Below, piece by piece: positions 18,189 to 27,195 of a DNA stretch of 51,524 nt. The translations under genes and the position numbers were made by a program. The notes under the pieces were generated by a model, which was not told where the DNA came from, searched no databases, and saw only the letters and a list, made by a program, of their open reading frames with translations. How positions within the stretch are numbered: the first letter of the stretch is position 1; each line of letters opens with the position of its first letter. Source of the stretch: Proteobacteria bacterium UBA6915. Its GTDB lineage: Bacteria > Pseudomonadota > Gammaproteobacteria > UBA6915. The DNA lies in the NCBI GenBank assembly GCA_002450975.1, contig DKAX01000097.1, forward strand, positions 1 through 51,524, read 5' to 3'.

Positions 18189-19950
18189 TTATTGCAAAAA
18201 AAATCTTTTTATATAGCAGTGTTTTTTTACCGATTATGGCGTATCGCCTGAAATTTTTTTAGAAAAAGCAAAGAAAAATACGCGAATCAACTCACTTGTT
18301 GACAGGTGTAATGAGATAATTCGTCATGATTTAAATTTCAGGTGTATTGGCGGGATATATTGAAACGGTGAATGCATCCTATGAAAACTACGATTAAGCG
18401 AAAGAAAAAGGCGCTACTAATGCTGGCTGGTTCCCGTATGGCTCCCTGCAAATGTATATGACAGTAATGAATAACACCATATAGATACAAACCAAATAAT
18501 TATTGCATGGAAAAATAACGCTCAGTGGGGAGTTCCAAATACTTGATTGCAAATTAACCGTTATGATGCGCCTGTGCCAGCCATAAAACGCATTTGGTGG
18601 CCATCGGATGTTCCTGTAAGTGCTTTCGCCGCACAACGCTATGTATTCTATCAGTGTGGTGCAGACGAATATTTAGCAGTTTTGCCAAATTTCAATACTA
18701 CTTATAATAATAGCGTATATTCTATACCATACATTTGTATTGGTCGCTGCGCGATAAAGTACTTGCTCCACATATCTGCTACATTGAACACCAGCTTTGC
18801 TACCGATGAATGTCCGCTTATCTCGGCAGTCAGGAGTAATGTCTGAAGTATAGTTCGAATGACCAACCAGATAATCCCGTCAATCTTCGTCAACGCATAT
18901 ATACTATTTTTATATATATTAACAAAAAATAACTAATTGTATTGTGTATCCAGTTGCTGCAATAGCTATCGTCTAGGATATGTTCCGGTACGAATAGTAT
19001 ATAAATTCCAGTGATGTTTTTTTTGTCTGACGGCTCATACAATGCATTAGTAGTGGACTGACTTTTATGGCGTTCTGTTTATTGCGTAACCTATAGCTAT
19101 TTTTTTGCATGAACACTATTTATAATGAAAGTGCGGTAACCAGTATGAGTTCCGGTTGGTTTTTTACCAACTCATTTTTACCCGTTGCTGACCTATGTGT
19201 GCGTAATGGTTCAGTTGACAGGGCTCCCTATTGAGTGACATAAAATGAATCTATTGTCTTTGTGCCTGAATCGTTTTCAAGAATTTAGTTGAATAGGTTC
19301 TTGGGGACCGCTATGCGCTGCTTCCTCTCTAGGTAGATCTCTGTATATATCTTTTTGCACTTTAACCTCATAATTTTACAAAACTAATTTATTCGAAACC
19401 GGTTTTCGCAGGTTTGTCAGGTCAGATTTACGGTTTTACCAAACTCCTCGGGCGAAAGTAATACTGTTGTCCCGATGGTTTGCAAGTTTCGGTGGTTCGG
19501 TGTGCCATCGCTCCTGTCAATAGTGCAGGTAAAGGCATAATCAGTCGAAGAGATAAAGCGTGCCTTCCTGTGTTCGCCACATGTTTTCACTGTGTCCATA
19601 ATACGAGGATAAATATAGTGGGTTAAATGCGGTGGTTTGGAGTGCTACCGGTGATGTAACAATAGGGTAAATAATAATATTGTATACACCAACCAGGGAC
19701 GAACCTGAGTCTCTGATGATTTCCAGCATCAACTTCCAGATGACAAATGATGCTGAAGCAAGGACCGAAAAGGCGATGGACTGGATAACACTGTGGCGGA
19801 GAGTTTCTATTTACAGACCAGTCGAAGTGATGGTTCAGACATTGAATCGTTTCCGGGAAGTGAGTGTAGGTAAGAAGCCGTTCTGTTTGAAACCGGATGT
19901 CATTAATAACCAATAATTTACTACGACACATAGAGTACTGGAAGCAAGCT

Positions 19951-20619
19951 ATGATTAGTCTGGTGATTGTTTCGGACATAAGGCTTTATCGGGAGGGGCT
20001 TGAAGAAATTCTCGAACGGGAGGATATACTTCATGTGAAAGGGACGGCTGGAAATGTCGAGCAGGCAATTGGTGAAATAAGAAAAAATTCACCGGATGTC
20101 GTATTGATCGATATGACCATGATCAACTCCAATAAAGTGGTCGAATATATCGCCTCAGTTTATCGCCATATGAAAATAATCGCGCTGGCAGTAACTGAGG
20201 ATGAGGATGTCATATTTTCCTGTGCAAAGGCTGGGATTGCGGGTTATTTAACACGTGAATCTTCAATCAAACAATTAATTGACACCATATGTGGGGTGTT
20301 TGAAGGTGAACTCTATTGTCCCAGACGAATAGCCGCCCGCCTGTTGAAAAAACTCAAAATATTGTCTCATCATGTCGAGACGAGTGATTGTGAAGTTATA
20401 GAATCTCCTGCGAATTCAAAAAATGTGGTTTTGACCAAACGAGAAAAACAAATAGCCTCACTTCTCTCCAAGGGATTGTCGAACAAGGAAATAGCACGAA
20501 AACTGACTATTGAAGTATCAACTGTCAAAAATCATATCCATAACATTCTTACCAAGATGGATGTTCATAACCGGATTCAGGCGGTAAGACAACTACAATA
20601 CGATACGATATTTGACTAG
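19951..20619 (+). CDS. LuxR/NarL-type response regulator with an atypical receiver
   Basis: C-terminal LuxR HTH: LTKREKQIASLLSKGLSNKEIARKLTIEVSTVKNHIHNILTKMDVHNR. The receiver has VIVSD where canonical receivers have DD, retains the Asp in VVLIDMTM, and has GYLTRE where Lys is usual. The start is taken at the second ATG (GGAAG RBS); the ORF-track start is 19897. Confidence 0.75.
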   Translation: MISLVIVSDIRLYREGLEEILEREDILHVKGTAGNVEQAIGEIRKNSPDVVLIDMTMINSNKVVEYIASVYRHMKIIALAVTEDEDVIFSCAKAGIAGYLTRESSIKQLIDTICGVFEGELYCPRRIAARLLKKLKILSHHVETSDCEVIESPANSKNVVLTKREKQIASLLSKGLSNKEIARKLTIEVSTVKNHIHNILTKMDVHNRIQAVRQLQYDTIFD

Positions 20620-20774
20620 GCTGAATCTTAGGATCTAGATCTTATTGTTTATTAAAAAAATTGTCTGGATCCTTCTGCTAGATCTCCCTCTGAATCCAAC
20701 TTAGCCCAAAGTGACTGTTTTATTTCAGTGGCTTCTGAATCATATTTATCCCAAACAGATTGAGGATGATGTAA

Positions 20775-21125
20775 ATGGGAAACATCCGCTGTCTAATTGC
20801 GGACATTCCGCAAATTATGCTCGCGGATGTTATTCGCAAAATTACAGAAAAGCAATCAGGGATCGAATTTGTAGAGCTTACTCATGAGGGTGAAGACATC
20901 CCTCGATTCGTGAAGGATCATGGAGTGGATGTGGTGATACTGGGCAAGTCTGCTTTATCGGTCTCTGGAACGCTTAACGGGATTTTTGAAGCATCGCCGC
21001 AGGTAATTGCGGTATCCATTTTAGAGGATGGCAATCGTGTATGTTTTTGCGTTGAAGATGTTGGTCCCAAAGAGCTGACTGATTTATTGTCTGTCGTGGC
21101 GGGAGATGTGTTGCGGAAAAAGTAG
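20775..21125 (+). CDS. Hypothetical protein with a degenerate receiver-like (flavodoxin-like) pattern
   Basis: 116 aa with a GAGGA RBS. Alternating beta/alpha pattern (RCLIADI, VDVVILG, VIAVSIL) without the receiver catalytic residues. Confidence 0.4.
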   Translation: MGNIRCLIADIPQIMLADVIRKITEKQSGIEFVELTHEGEDIPRFVKDHGVDVVILGKSALSVSGTLNGIFEASPQVIAVSILEDGNRVCFCVEDVGPKELTDLLSVVAGDVLRKK

Positions 21126-21216
21126 TGTAACAATGCTGTCGCCCAGACAAAGATGTTTTCAAATAAATGGATTGTAACCGATTGGTAGTATGGATACGCT
21201 TGATTTGGAGGAAGGT

Positions 21217-21831
21217 ATGTCGGGATGGCATGTTATCGAGAGGACTGTTCAGACCCTGGTGCGCTTGCTCGAGCAACGCATCGAACTGGCCGGTATCACC
21301 GGCTTGTCAGTTCAACCTATAACCACGGCTTCTTTCGACAAAATTAGCGCTTCTTCTTCACCTGTTATTTCGCTTCTCCTATATCAAGTAAAAGAAAATG
21401 CAGAATGCCGCAATGCACCGAGACGCCCCGGCACCGGTGGTCAGGATTTCAGGCAACCCTTGTCGCTCGAGCTGGGTTACCTGGTGACACCCTGGGGAAG
21501 CCGGTCTTCGGACACCATTACCGATGATTCTATTGCGGCACTTGAGGAGGCGCGTTTGCTGGGTCTTGTTCTGCAAACATTCTACGATCATGCGGAGGTT
21601 GGCACAGCAGAATTGTATGACGACCCATTAGTACCCGTTTGGCATGCGGGTGACAGTCTACAAATTATTTTGGAGTCATTGCCAATCGAGGATCACTACC
21701 GAATATGGGATGCATCGGAGTTGGGTTATCGTTTATCGCTAACCTATCGTGTACGTGTAACCTACCTTAATTCTGAGGATATTATCATTGCTCCGCCAGT
21801 AACGGATTCCACTTTTATGGTGAAACCATGA
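21217..21831 (+). CDS. DUF4255 (Pvc16/Afp16 N-terminal-like) CIS tail terminator/cap protein
   Basis: ISLLLYQVKENAECRN..., PLSLELGYLVTPW, EEARLLGLVLQTF and HYRIWDAS..YRLSLTYRVRV match the DUF4255 pattern. The GGAGGA RBS favours ATG 21217 over the ORF-track start at 21190. Confidence 0.8.
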   Translation: MSGWHVIERTVQTLVRLLEQRIELAGITGLSVQPITTASFDKISASSSPVISLLLYQVKENAECRNAPRRPGTGGQDFRQPLSLELGYLVTPWGSRSSDTITDDSIAALEEARLLGLVLQTFYDHAEVGTAELYDDPLVPVWHAGDSLQIILESLPIEDHYRIWDASELGYRLSLTYRVRVTYLNSEDIIIAPPVTDSTFMVKP

Positions 21832-22487
21832 GTTACGACATTTGGAAACATGATCTGTCATTTGTTGTGCGATTCAATAATCACTTTACAGGAACAGCCG
21901 TGAGTGATGAATTACCCGTGCGTTTGAACAATACATTTATCAGACCTGTGCAGAAGACTGATGGTGCAGGATTGCGGCAGACTGATGGTACTTATCGATT
22001 TATCGATTTGAATCCCGGACTGCATCAGGTGTTGTGGTTGCCACCATTTATGAATTCCTACCGGGGTTGGATTTCCTTCGAAGATGAACTGAATGTAGTT
22101 TTGCCAATAGAAAATCCGGGGGCTGTAATTGAAAGGGTACTTTGGCCATCTCCGGATGCTGTGGTATCACCAAGTACTACAGCAATACGTGGGAAATTGC
22201 GTGGAGACAATGTGACCGGACTAGAGGTTCGTATCATGCCTGATGTTGAGTTATCAACACCATTTTTTACACTGAGTGACCGGTTAGGGGAGTTTCTATT
22301 TCAGATATCCAATCCGGTTACTGCCGAGGACAATGGGTTGCTCAGTTTGAGAATAGAGGTAGAGGCAGGTGGCAGGGTAGTTACCGGTGGTGGCTTTATA
22401 CCACCTGCAACAGGGGCGACATTTCCAGCGGCTGTGTTCAAGGTAAAGCCGGGAATATGTTCACGCGTTATTTTTCAAGTTACATGA
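21828..22487 (+). CDS. Hypothetical CIS-associated protein with beta-sandwich (carboxypeptidase-regulatory-like) repeats
   Basis: The ATGA start overlaps the upstream stop. IRGKLRGDNVTGLEVRI...LSDRLGEFLF resembles CarboxypepD_reg-type folds. The assignment is weak. Confidence 0.4.
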   Translation: MSYDIWKHDLSFVVRFNNHFTGTAVSDELPVRLNNTFIRPVQKTDGAGLRQTDGTYRFIDLNPGLHQVLWLPPFMNSYRGWISFEDELNVVLPIENPGAVIERVLWPSPDAVVSPSTTAIRGKLRGDNVTGLEVRIMPDVELSTPFFTLSDRLGEFLFQISNPVTAEDNGLLSLRIEVEAGGRVVTGGGFIPPATGATFPAAVFKVKPGICSRVIFQVT

Positions 22488-22514
22488 CTTCCCAAAGTAG
22501 AGGAGGGAGCCGAG

Positions 22515-25334
22515 ATGCCAGAATATCTTCACCCAGGCGTTTACATAGAAGAAACCTCATACCGAGGAAAGCCCATTCAGGGGGTGAGTACCAGTACGGC
22601 GGGATTTGTCGGTGCTGCACGTAAGGGGCAGGAAGGTAAGCCCATACTGGTTACCAGCTTGAATCAATACGTGCGAACATTTGGCAGCCTGATCTCGCCG
22701 ACACTGAATATGGGCGACTACCTCGGACATAGTGTAAAAGCCTTTTTCGATAATGGTGGTAGTCGGGTTTATATCGTCAGGGTCTTGGCCGCGGATGCTT
22801 TGAAGGCCTCGAAGGCGATCAACCAGGGTACCGTGTTACGTTTACCAACCGGTGTGACTGTACGTGGACCTACGGCGACGATTCCGCTGAATTCACTGAG
22901 AAATGTGGATGAGAGTTCCACTCTGCGGGTCTATACCCGTAGCAACAAGAGTGCACCGTTCACTGAGACCCGGCTGCTGCAGGTTCAATCTTACGATGCC
23001 ATGCGGAATCGCGTAACGGTGGTACCTGGTGACGCCTTACCCGATGGAGTGGTGTTGGAACCGGACAATACTTTTTTCCTGGTACAAGGTGTTTCCGCTA
23101 CCGGAACCGGACCGACCTTCCGGGCAAAAAATCGGGGCAAAGATGGCAATGGCATTGCTGTAAATATTCGGCCTATGGATCTGCCACCGGTAGCCCTGGT
23201 GACTCGAACTGCAAAACGTAACAATCCGGGGCTGGGTTCACTCAGTGGGCCGATAACCGGCAGTCCCACCGGAATACACTTGTCAACTGCCGCACTCAGA
23301 CTAATACGTAGTGGTGACCGTATCTCGGTCGGCAGTGCGGAAAATCTCATCGTTGATAACATAGAACCCGCGCGCGTGGCATTTACTGTGGATATAGCGG
23401 GTTCCTATGATGGCAGTAGTCCAGGTACTGTATCTCTGGTGAGTCGTGGGGGAGAGATCCTACCGACCTCACTCGAGCTGGGCACTATACCCAGCGGCAT
23501 CCTGGATTTGACAGCACCCACCCCCAGTCCGGAGCCGGCCTTCCCCCATGATATCGCTGCCTACCTGCAACCGGGTGATGTTGTCGAGCTTGACGATACC
23601 TCTCACCAGGGTCAAATAACCATTGGTACGGTGGAACTGGGATTTGGTGTTTTACCCGTCAACCCGAATGTACATCTGGATGCGGCGACACCGGTTACAC
23701 CCGATCAGATGGACGCAACTATCAGCGTCGAACTCGATTACACCAGCAATGATGATGCAAACATGGCTCGCCTGATAGTCGGTGATGCTACCGTGTTCAA
23801 TGCACCTTTCAGGGTGGGCTCACTCGAACCGGTTTCGATTTCCAACGGTGCCGATACCGAGAGTGCCGAAGTCCTGTTGGTGGACGCCGCAACCAATACC
23901 TTGTTGGTGACCAAGGCCAACCCACCGGCGGCGGGGTCGTTCTCCACCAATGTGACCGTGGAGAACTGGATGACCGTGGAGTCCACCCAGGTAGCAGCGG
24001 ATGGACAGACCACAGTGTCGGTGGCAAGCACGACAAGTTTCTATGGTGGGGCGAAGGTGGAACTGGATTCCGGTACGGAGAAGCACGAGTGTGTAGTCGC
24101 GTCAGTGGACCCCGGTGCGCGTACGGTGACGTTTACCAGCGGTTTGTCACTGGGTGGCGTGGGTAACTATGTCGATGTGGATCCCGATCCTGCTGAGCGC
24201 AAGAGCTATTTGCGTACCATGGAGATCGAGGTCCAGGTTTTCGAAAATGAGGTTTTGAAAGAGACCTTCTCCCGCTTGTCATGGAACGCTGATACAGCGG
24301 CCGATTCGTATCAATATAACTTCGTCACGCGTATCAACGATTCCGAATTGGGGTCAAGGCTGGTCGAGATCGTAACCCCGATTCCCGCCGGAAGCGATCT
24401 GGCCAACCAGCCAACGACACCAGAGGGTTATCCGGTTTTGTTGGATGGCGGAAGCAATGGCAGTGCACTCAAGGCCATCGATATCATCGGTAAGGATAAT
24501 GGACCGGGTAAACGGACCGGGATCGAGGCCCTGGCGGAACGTGATGACATCTCCATTGTCGCCGTCCCTGGCATAGTCGATGAAAACGTTCAAGGTGCGC
24601 TGATCACCCATTGTGAACGGATGAAATATCGCATGGCGGTGCTGGACGGAAGGTTGGGTCAATCTGATGTCAGTGATATCCAGGCACATCGCAATAACTA
24701 CGATACCAAATATGCTGCCTACTACGCACCCTGGTTGGTGACGCTGGATCCTGTTACCGGTAAAACCATCACTGTACCACCTTCCGGTCACGTGATCGGT
24801 ATCTATGCACGCAGTGACGCCAATGTCGGTGTGCACAAGGCGCCGGCTAATGAGGTGGTGCGCAATATCAGTGATGTGGAAATACCGTTCAACGCCGCTG
24901 AACAGGACGTACTCAATCCGGTCGGTATCAATCTGATCCGTGACCTGACCCCGCGCGGTATTCGTGTCTGGGGTGCACGTACCATCAGCAGCGATCAGGA
25001 ATGGAAATACGTCAATGTCCGGCGGCTATTTATCTTCCTTGAACACTCGATTGACCTGGGTACGCAGTGGGTCGTATTCGAACCTAATAGTGAATCACTC
25101 TGGGCACGTGTGACGGAGACCATTTCCGCTTTTCTTACCGGCGTCTGGAAGAGTGGCGCTCTGATGGGAACGACACCCGAAGAGGCGTTTTTCGTGACCT
25201 GTGATCGCTCCACCATGACTCAGGACGATATCGACAATGGCAGACTGATTTGTGAAATCGGTGTGGCGCCGGTCTACCCCGCCGAGTTTGTCATTTTCCG
25301 GATAGGACAGTTTACGGCAAATGCCAAGTCCTGA
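22515..25334 (+). CDS. Contractile tail sheath protein, enlarged paralog (939 aa)
   Basis: Canonical sheath N-terminus MPEYLHPGVYIEETS...STAGFVGAA. C-terminal sheath domain: GIEALAERDDISIVAVPG, KYAAYYAPWL, PPSGHVIGIYARSD...GVHKAPAN, NLIR...GIRVWGART. GAGGAGGGAG RBS. Confidence 0.9.
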   Translation: MPEYLHPGVYIEETSYRGKPIQGVSTSTAGFVGAARKGQEGKPILVTSLNQYVRTFGSLISPTLNMGDYLGHSVKAFFDNGGSRVYIVRVLAADALKASKAINQGTVLRLPTGVTVRGPTATIPLNSLRNVDESSTLRVYTRSNKSAPFTETRLLQVQSYDAMRNRVTVVPGDALPDGVVLEPDNTFFLVQGVSATGTGPTFRAKNRGKDGNGIAVNIRPMDLPPVALVTRTAKRNNPGLGSLSGPITGSPTGIHLSTAALRLIRSGDRISVGSAENLIVDNIEPARVAFTVDIAGSYDGSSPGTVSLVSRGGEILPTSLELGTIPSGILDLTAPTPSPEPAFPHDIAAYLQPGDVVELDDTSHQGQITIGTVELGFGVLPVNPNVHLDAATPVTPDQMDATISVELDYTSNDDANMARLIVGDATVFNAPFRVGSLEPVSISNGADTESAEVLLVDAATNTLLVTKANPPAAGSFSTNVTVENWMTVESTQVAADGQTTVSVASTTSFYGGAKVELDSGTEKHECVVASVDPGARTVTFTSGLSLGGVGNYVDVDPDPAERKSYLRTMEIEVQVFENEVLKETFSRLSWNADTAADSYQYNFVTRINDSELGSRLVEIVTPIPAGSDLANQPTTPEGYPVLLDGGSNGSALKAIDIIGKDNGPGKRTGIEALAERDDISIVAVPGIVDENVQGALITHCERMKYRMAVLDGRLGQSDVSDIQAHRNNYDTKYAAYYAPWLVTLDPVTGKTITVPPSGHVIGIYARSDANVGVHKAPANEVVRNISDVEIPFNAAEQDVLNPVGINLIRDLTPRGIRVWGARTISSDQEWKYVNVRRLFIFLEHSIDLGTQWVVFEPNSESLWARVTETISAFLTGVWKSGALMGTTPEEAFFVTCDRSTMTQDDIDNGRLICEIGVAPVYPAEFVIFRIGQFTANAKS

Positions 25335-25358
25335 GTTGAAACTTAAGGAGATGCATCG

Positions 25359-25817
25359 ATGGCTACCGAACGAGAAAACAAAAACCCCTATTCGAACTTC
25401 AATTTCATTGTTGAATTCGATGGTGACGAAGTCGCCGCTTTTTCCGAAGTCAGTGGGCTGGACAGCGAAAACACACCCATCGACTATCGGGAAGGTGCCG
25501 ATCCGACCAATGCGCAACGCAAATTGCCGGGAATAGAAAACTACGCGGCGGTGCAGTTAAAGCGCGGTATATCCGGCAGTCTTGCCCTTTGGACATGGCG
25601 TAAGGAGGTGCGTGATGGCGGGGCATCATTTCCTCCCAGTAAAAACGTCACCGTCAAGCTGCTGAATGAAAAGCATGACCGTGGTAACCCGGCGATGACC
25701 TGGACGTTGACCAACGCCTGGCCATCCAAACTGACGGGGCCTTCACTGACCGCCAAGGGTAACGACATTGCAATCGAACAACTTGATCTGGTACATGAAC
25801 GAATCGACATCGAGTAG
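25359..25817 (+). CDS. CIS/phage tail tube protein (T4 gp19-like, Afp1/Pvc1-like)
   Basis: NFNFIVEFDGDEVAAFSEVSGLDSENTPIDYREG is the conserved tail-tube N-terminal signature. AAGGAG RBS. Confidence 0.9.
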   Translation: MATERENKNPYSNFNFIVEFDGDEVAAFSEVSGLDSENTPIDYREGADPTNAQRKLPGIENYAAVQLKRGISGSLALWTWRKEVRDGGASFPPSKNVTVKLLNEKHDRGNPAMTWTLTNAWPSKLTGPSLTAKGNDIAIEQLDLVHERIDIE

Positions 25818-25821
25818 CTAA

Positions 25822-27195
25822 ATGTTAAACACGACCTACAGTGTTCCGGGCATCTATCACCAGCCGCAGCCACGAGAGTCCAGGTTCCCGCGGCTGCGTA
25901 CCGATGTCGTCGGTTTTGTGGGTGTGGCAGGGGCGAAGCACCTCCATGAAGCAGTGCGAATCGATGACTGGCGCAGTTATGAACAGGAGTTCATGCGCGA
26001 TGAGCGCGGTGATGAGTTGGCGCCTCCGTCCGGCACTCAGTTGTACAAGGCGGTACGCGATTTTTTCGCCAACGGCGGCGCGCGCTGTTGGGTGGTCAAT
26101 ATAGCACAAGGCCTGGAACAATCGCAGGCGCAGGTATTGCTCAACACCATGTTTGGTTTGACCGAGATGAGAAAGTTTCACGGGCTTGAGCTTCTGCTGC
26201 GTCAAACAGAGGTGTCTCTGGTGGTGTTGCCAGAGCTGGACGCCAGCATCGAGGGCATCCAGCCAGCCGCGACCATTCCCGGCATCGGTGGTCCCTATTG
26301 TTTCGTCGCTTGCGCCGATATACCTGGCCCGGTGCCGCCTGGCCAGTTGCCTTCTGATAAAGTGGGTGTCGGACGCCTGTTTACACATAGCCAGATTTTG
26401 TGGGCACAACGATATCTCATTACGCGCATACAACGAGAGGCATGGCGATGGTTTGCCATACTCTCGCCCCCGGATGGTCTGGATCAGGCCCAGGTAATCG
26501 AATGGCGGGAAGCCTTGACTCAACACATGGATGAAGTCGATTGTGCAGCGCTTTACTGGCCCTGGGTTCTGGCCCAGGACAAGCCGGGAGCACCAGTCGA
26601 GAAACGCTCCCCTGTGGGTTTTGTTGCCGGTATCTTCGCCCGGCGCGATCTTGAAGCTGGTCCACACTCGGCCCCTGCGAACGAACGAATGCAGGCAGTC
26701 GTGGGCCTGGAAAGGAGTATGGACGATGCGATCAACGCCATGGTCTATGACCGTGGCATCAATGTTATCCGCTCATTCCCAGGAAGAGGTATCAATGTGT
26801 GGGGGGCAAGGACCTTGATGTGGCAAGACCGAATGTCACGTACCAAGCCACTCTCTTTCATTAATGCCCGACGTTGTCTTTCCGCAATAGAACGCACTGC
26901 GGAACAAATCGGCCAGCAGGTGGTGTTCGAACCGCATTCACCTCTACTGCGTGTCCAGCTCAGCCAGGCTATTGTCGGTTATCTTTTGACGGTCTATAAC
27001 ACCGGTGCGCTTTTGGGGGGGACGGCGGATGAGGCATTTTTTGTACGCTGTGACAGCAACAACAATCCTCCTGAACTGGTGGAACAAGGGCGGCTGATTT
27101 GCGAGATCGGTGTCGCCCTGGCCGCACCGGCCGAGTTTATCGTCTTTCGCATGGGGCGCCAGGAAGGTGTTACAGAGATAGAGGAGGTGACTTGA
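25822..27195 (+). CDS. Contractile tail sheath protein, standard-size paralog (457 aa)
   Basis: VPGIYHQ...VVGFVGVA N-terminus. C-terminal blocks: AALYWPWV, SPVGFVAGIFARRD...GPHSAPAN, NVIRSFPGRGINVWGART. Confidence 0.9.
   Translation: MLNTTYSVPGIYHQPQPRESRFPRLRTDVVGFVGVAGAKHLHEAVRIDDWRSYEQEFMRDERGDELAPPSGTQLYKAVRDFFANGGARCWVVNIAQGLEQSQAQVLLNTMFGLTEMRKFHGLELLLRQTEVSLVVLPELDASIEGIQPAATIPGIGGPYCFVACADIPGPVPPGQLPSDKVGVGRLFTHSQILWAQRYLITRIQREAWRWFAILSPPDGLDQAQVIEWREALTQHMDEVDCAALYWPWVLAQDKPGAPVEKRSPVGFVAGIFARRDLEAGPHSAPANERMQAVVGLERSMDDAINAMVYDRGINVIRSFPGRGINVWGARTLMWQDRMSRTKPLSFINARRCLSAIERTAEQIGQQVVFEPHSPLLRVQLSQAIVGYLLTVYNTGALLGGTADEAFFVRCDSNNNPPELVEQGRLICEIGVALAAPAEFIVFRMGRQEGVTEIEEVT

Noticed and set aside
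19623-19979. 118-aa minus-strand ORF and 78-aa plus-strand ORF (19680-19916) in the AT-rich gap upstream of the LuxR gene
   Set aside because: They overlap each other, have no RBS and no motif, and have Cys/Tyr/His-rich or otherwise odd composition. I cannot support them as genes. They are treated as part of the ORF-poor region.
25825-26667. 280-aa minus-strand ORF inside the second sheath gene. Similar long antisense ORFs lie at 30028-30657, 34881-35516, 36030-36842, 37973-38566, 41929-42528 and 42665-43342.
   Set aside because: All lie entirely antisense to ORFs with strong family signatures. They have Arg/Pro/Ser-rich shadow-ORF composition, no RBS and no recognisable motifs. They are typical antisense artefacts of moderately GC-rich coding DNA.
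27099-27194. Upstream-extended starts given by the ORF track for several CIS genes: 27099, 27811, 29891, 37319, 47156 and 21190
   Set aside because: The extensions overlap the preceding gene by 28-100 nt and some begin with non-ATG codons. Internal ATGs sit in classic stop/start overlaps or behind good Shine-Dalgarno sequences and restore family-typical N-termini, for example QFNFIV shortly after the start.
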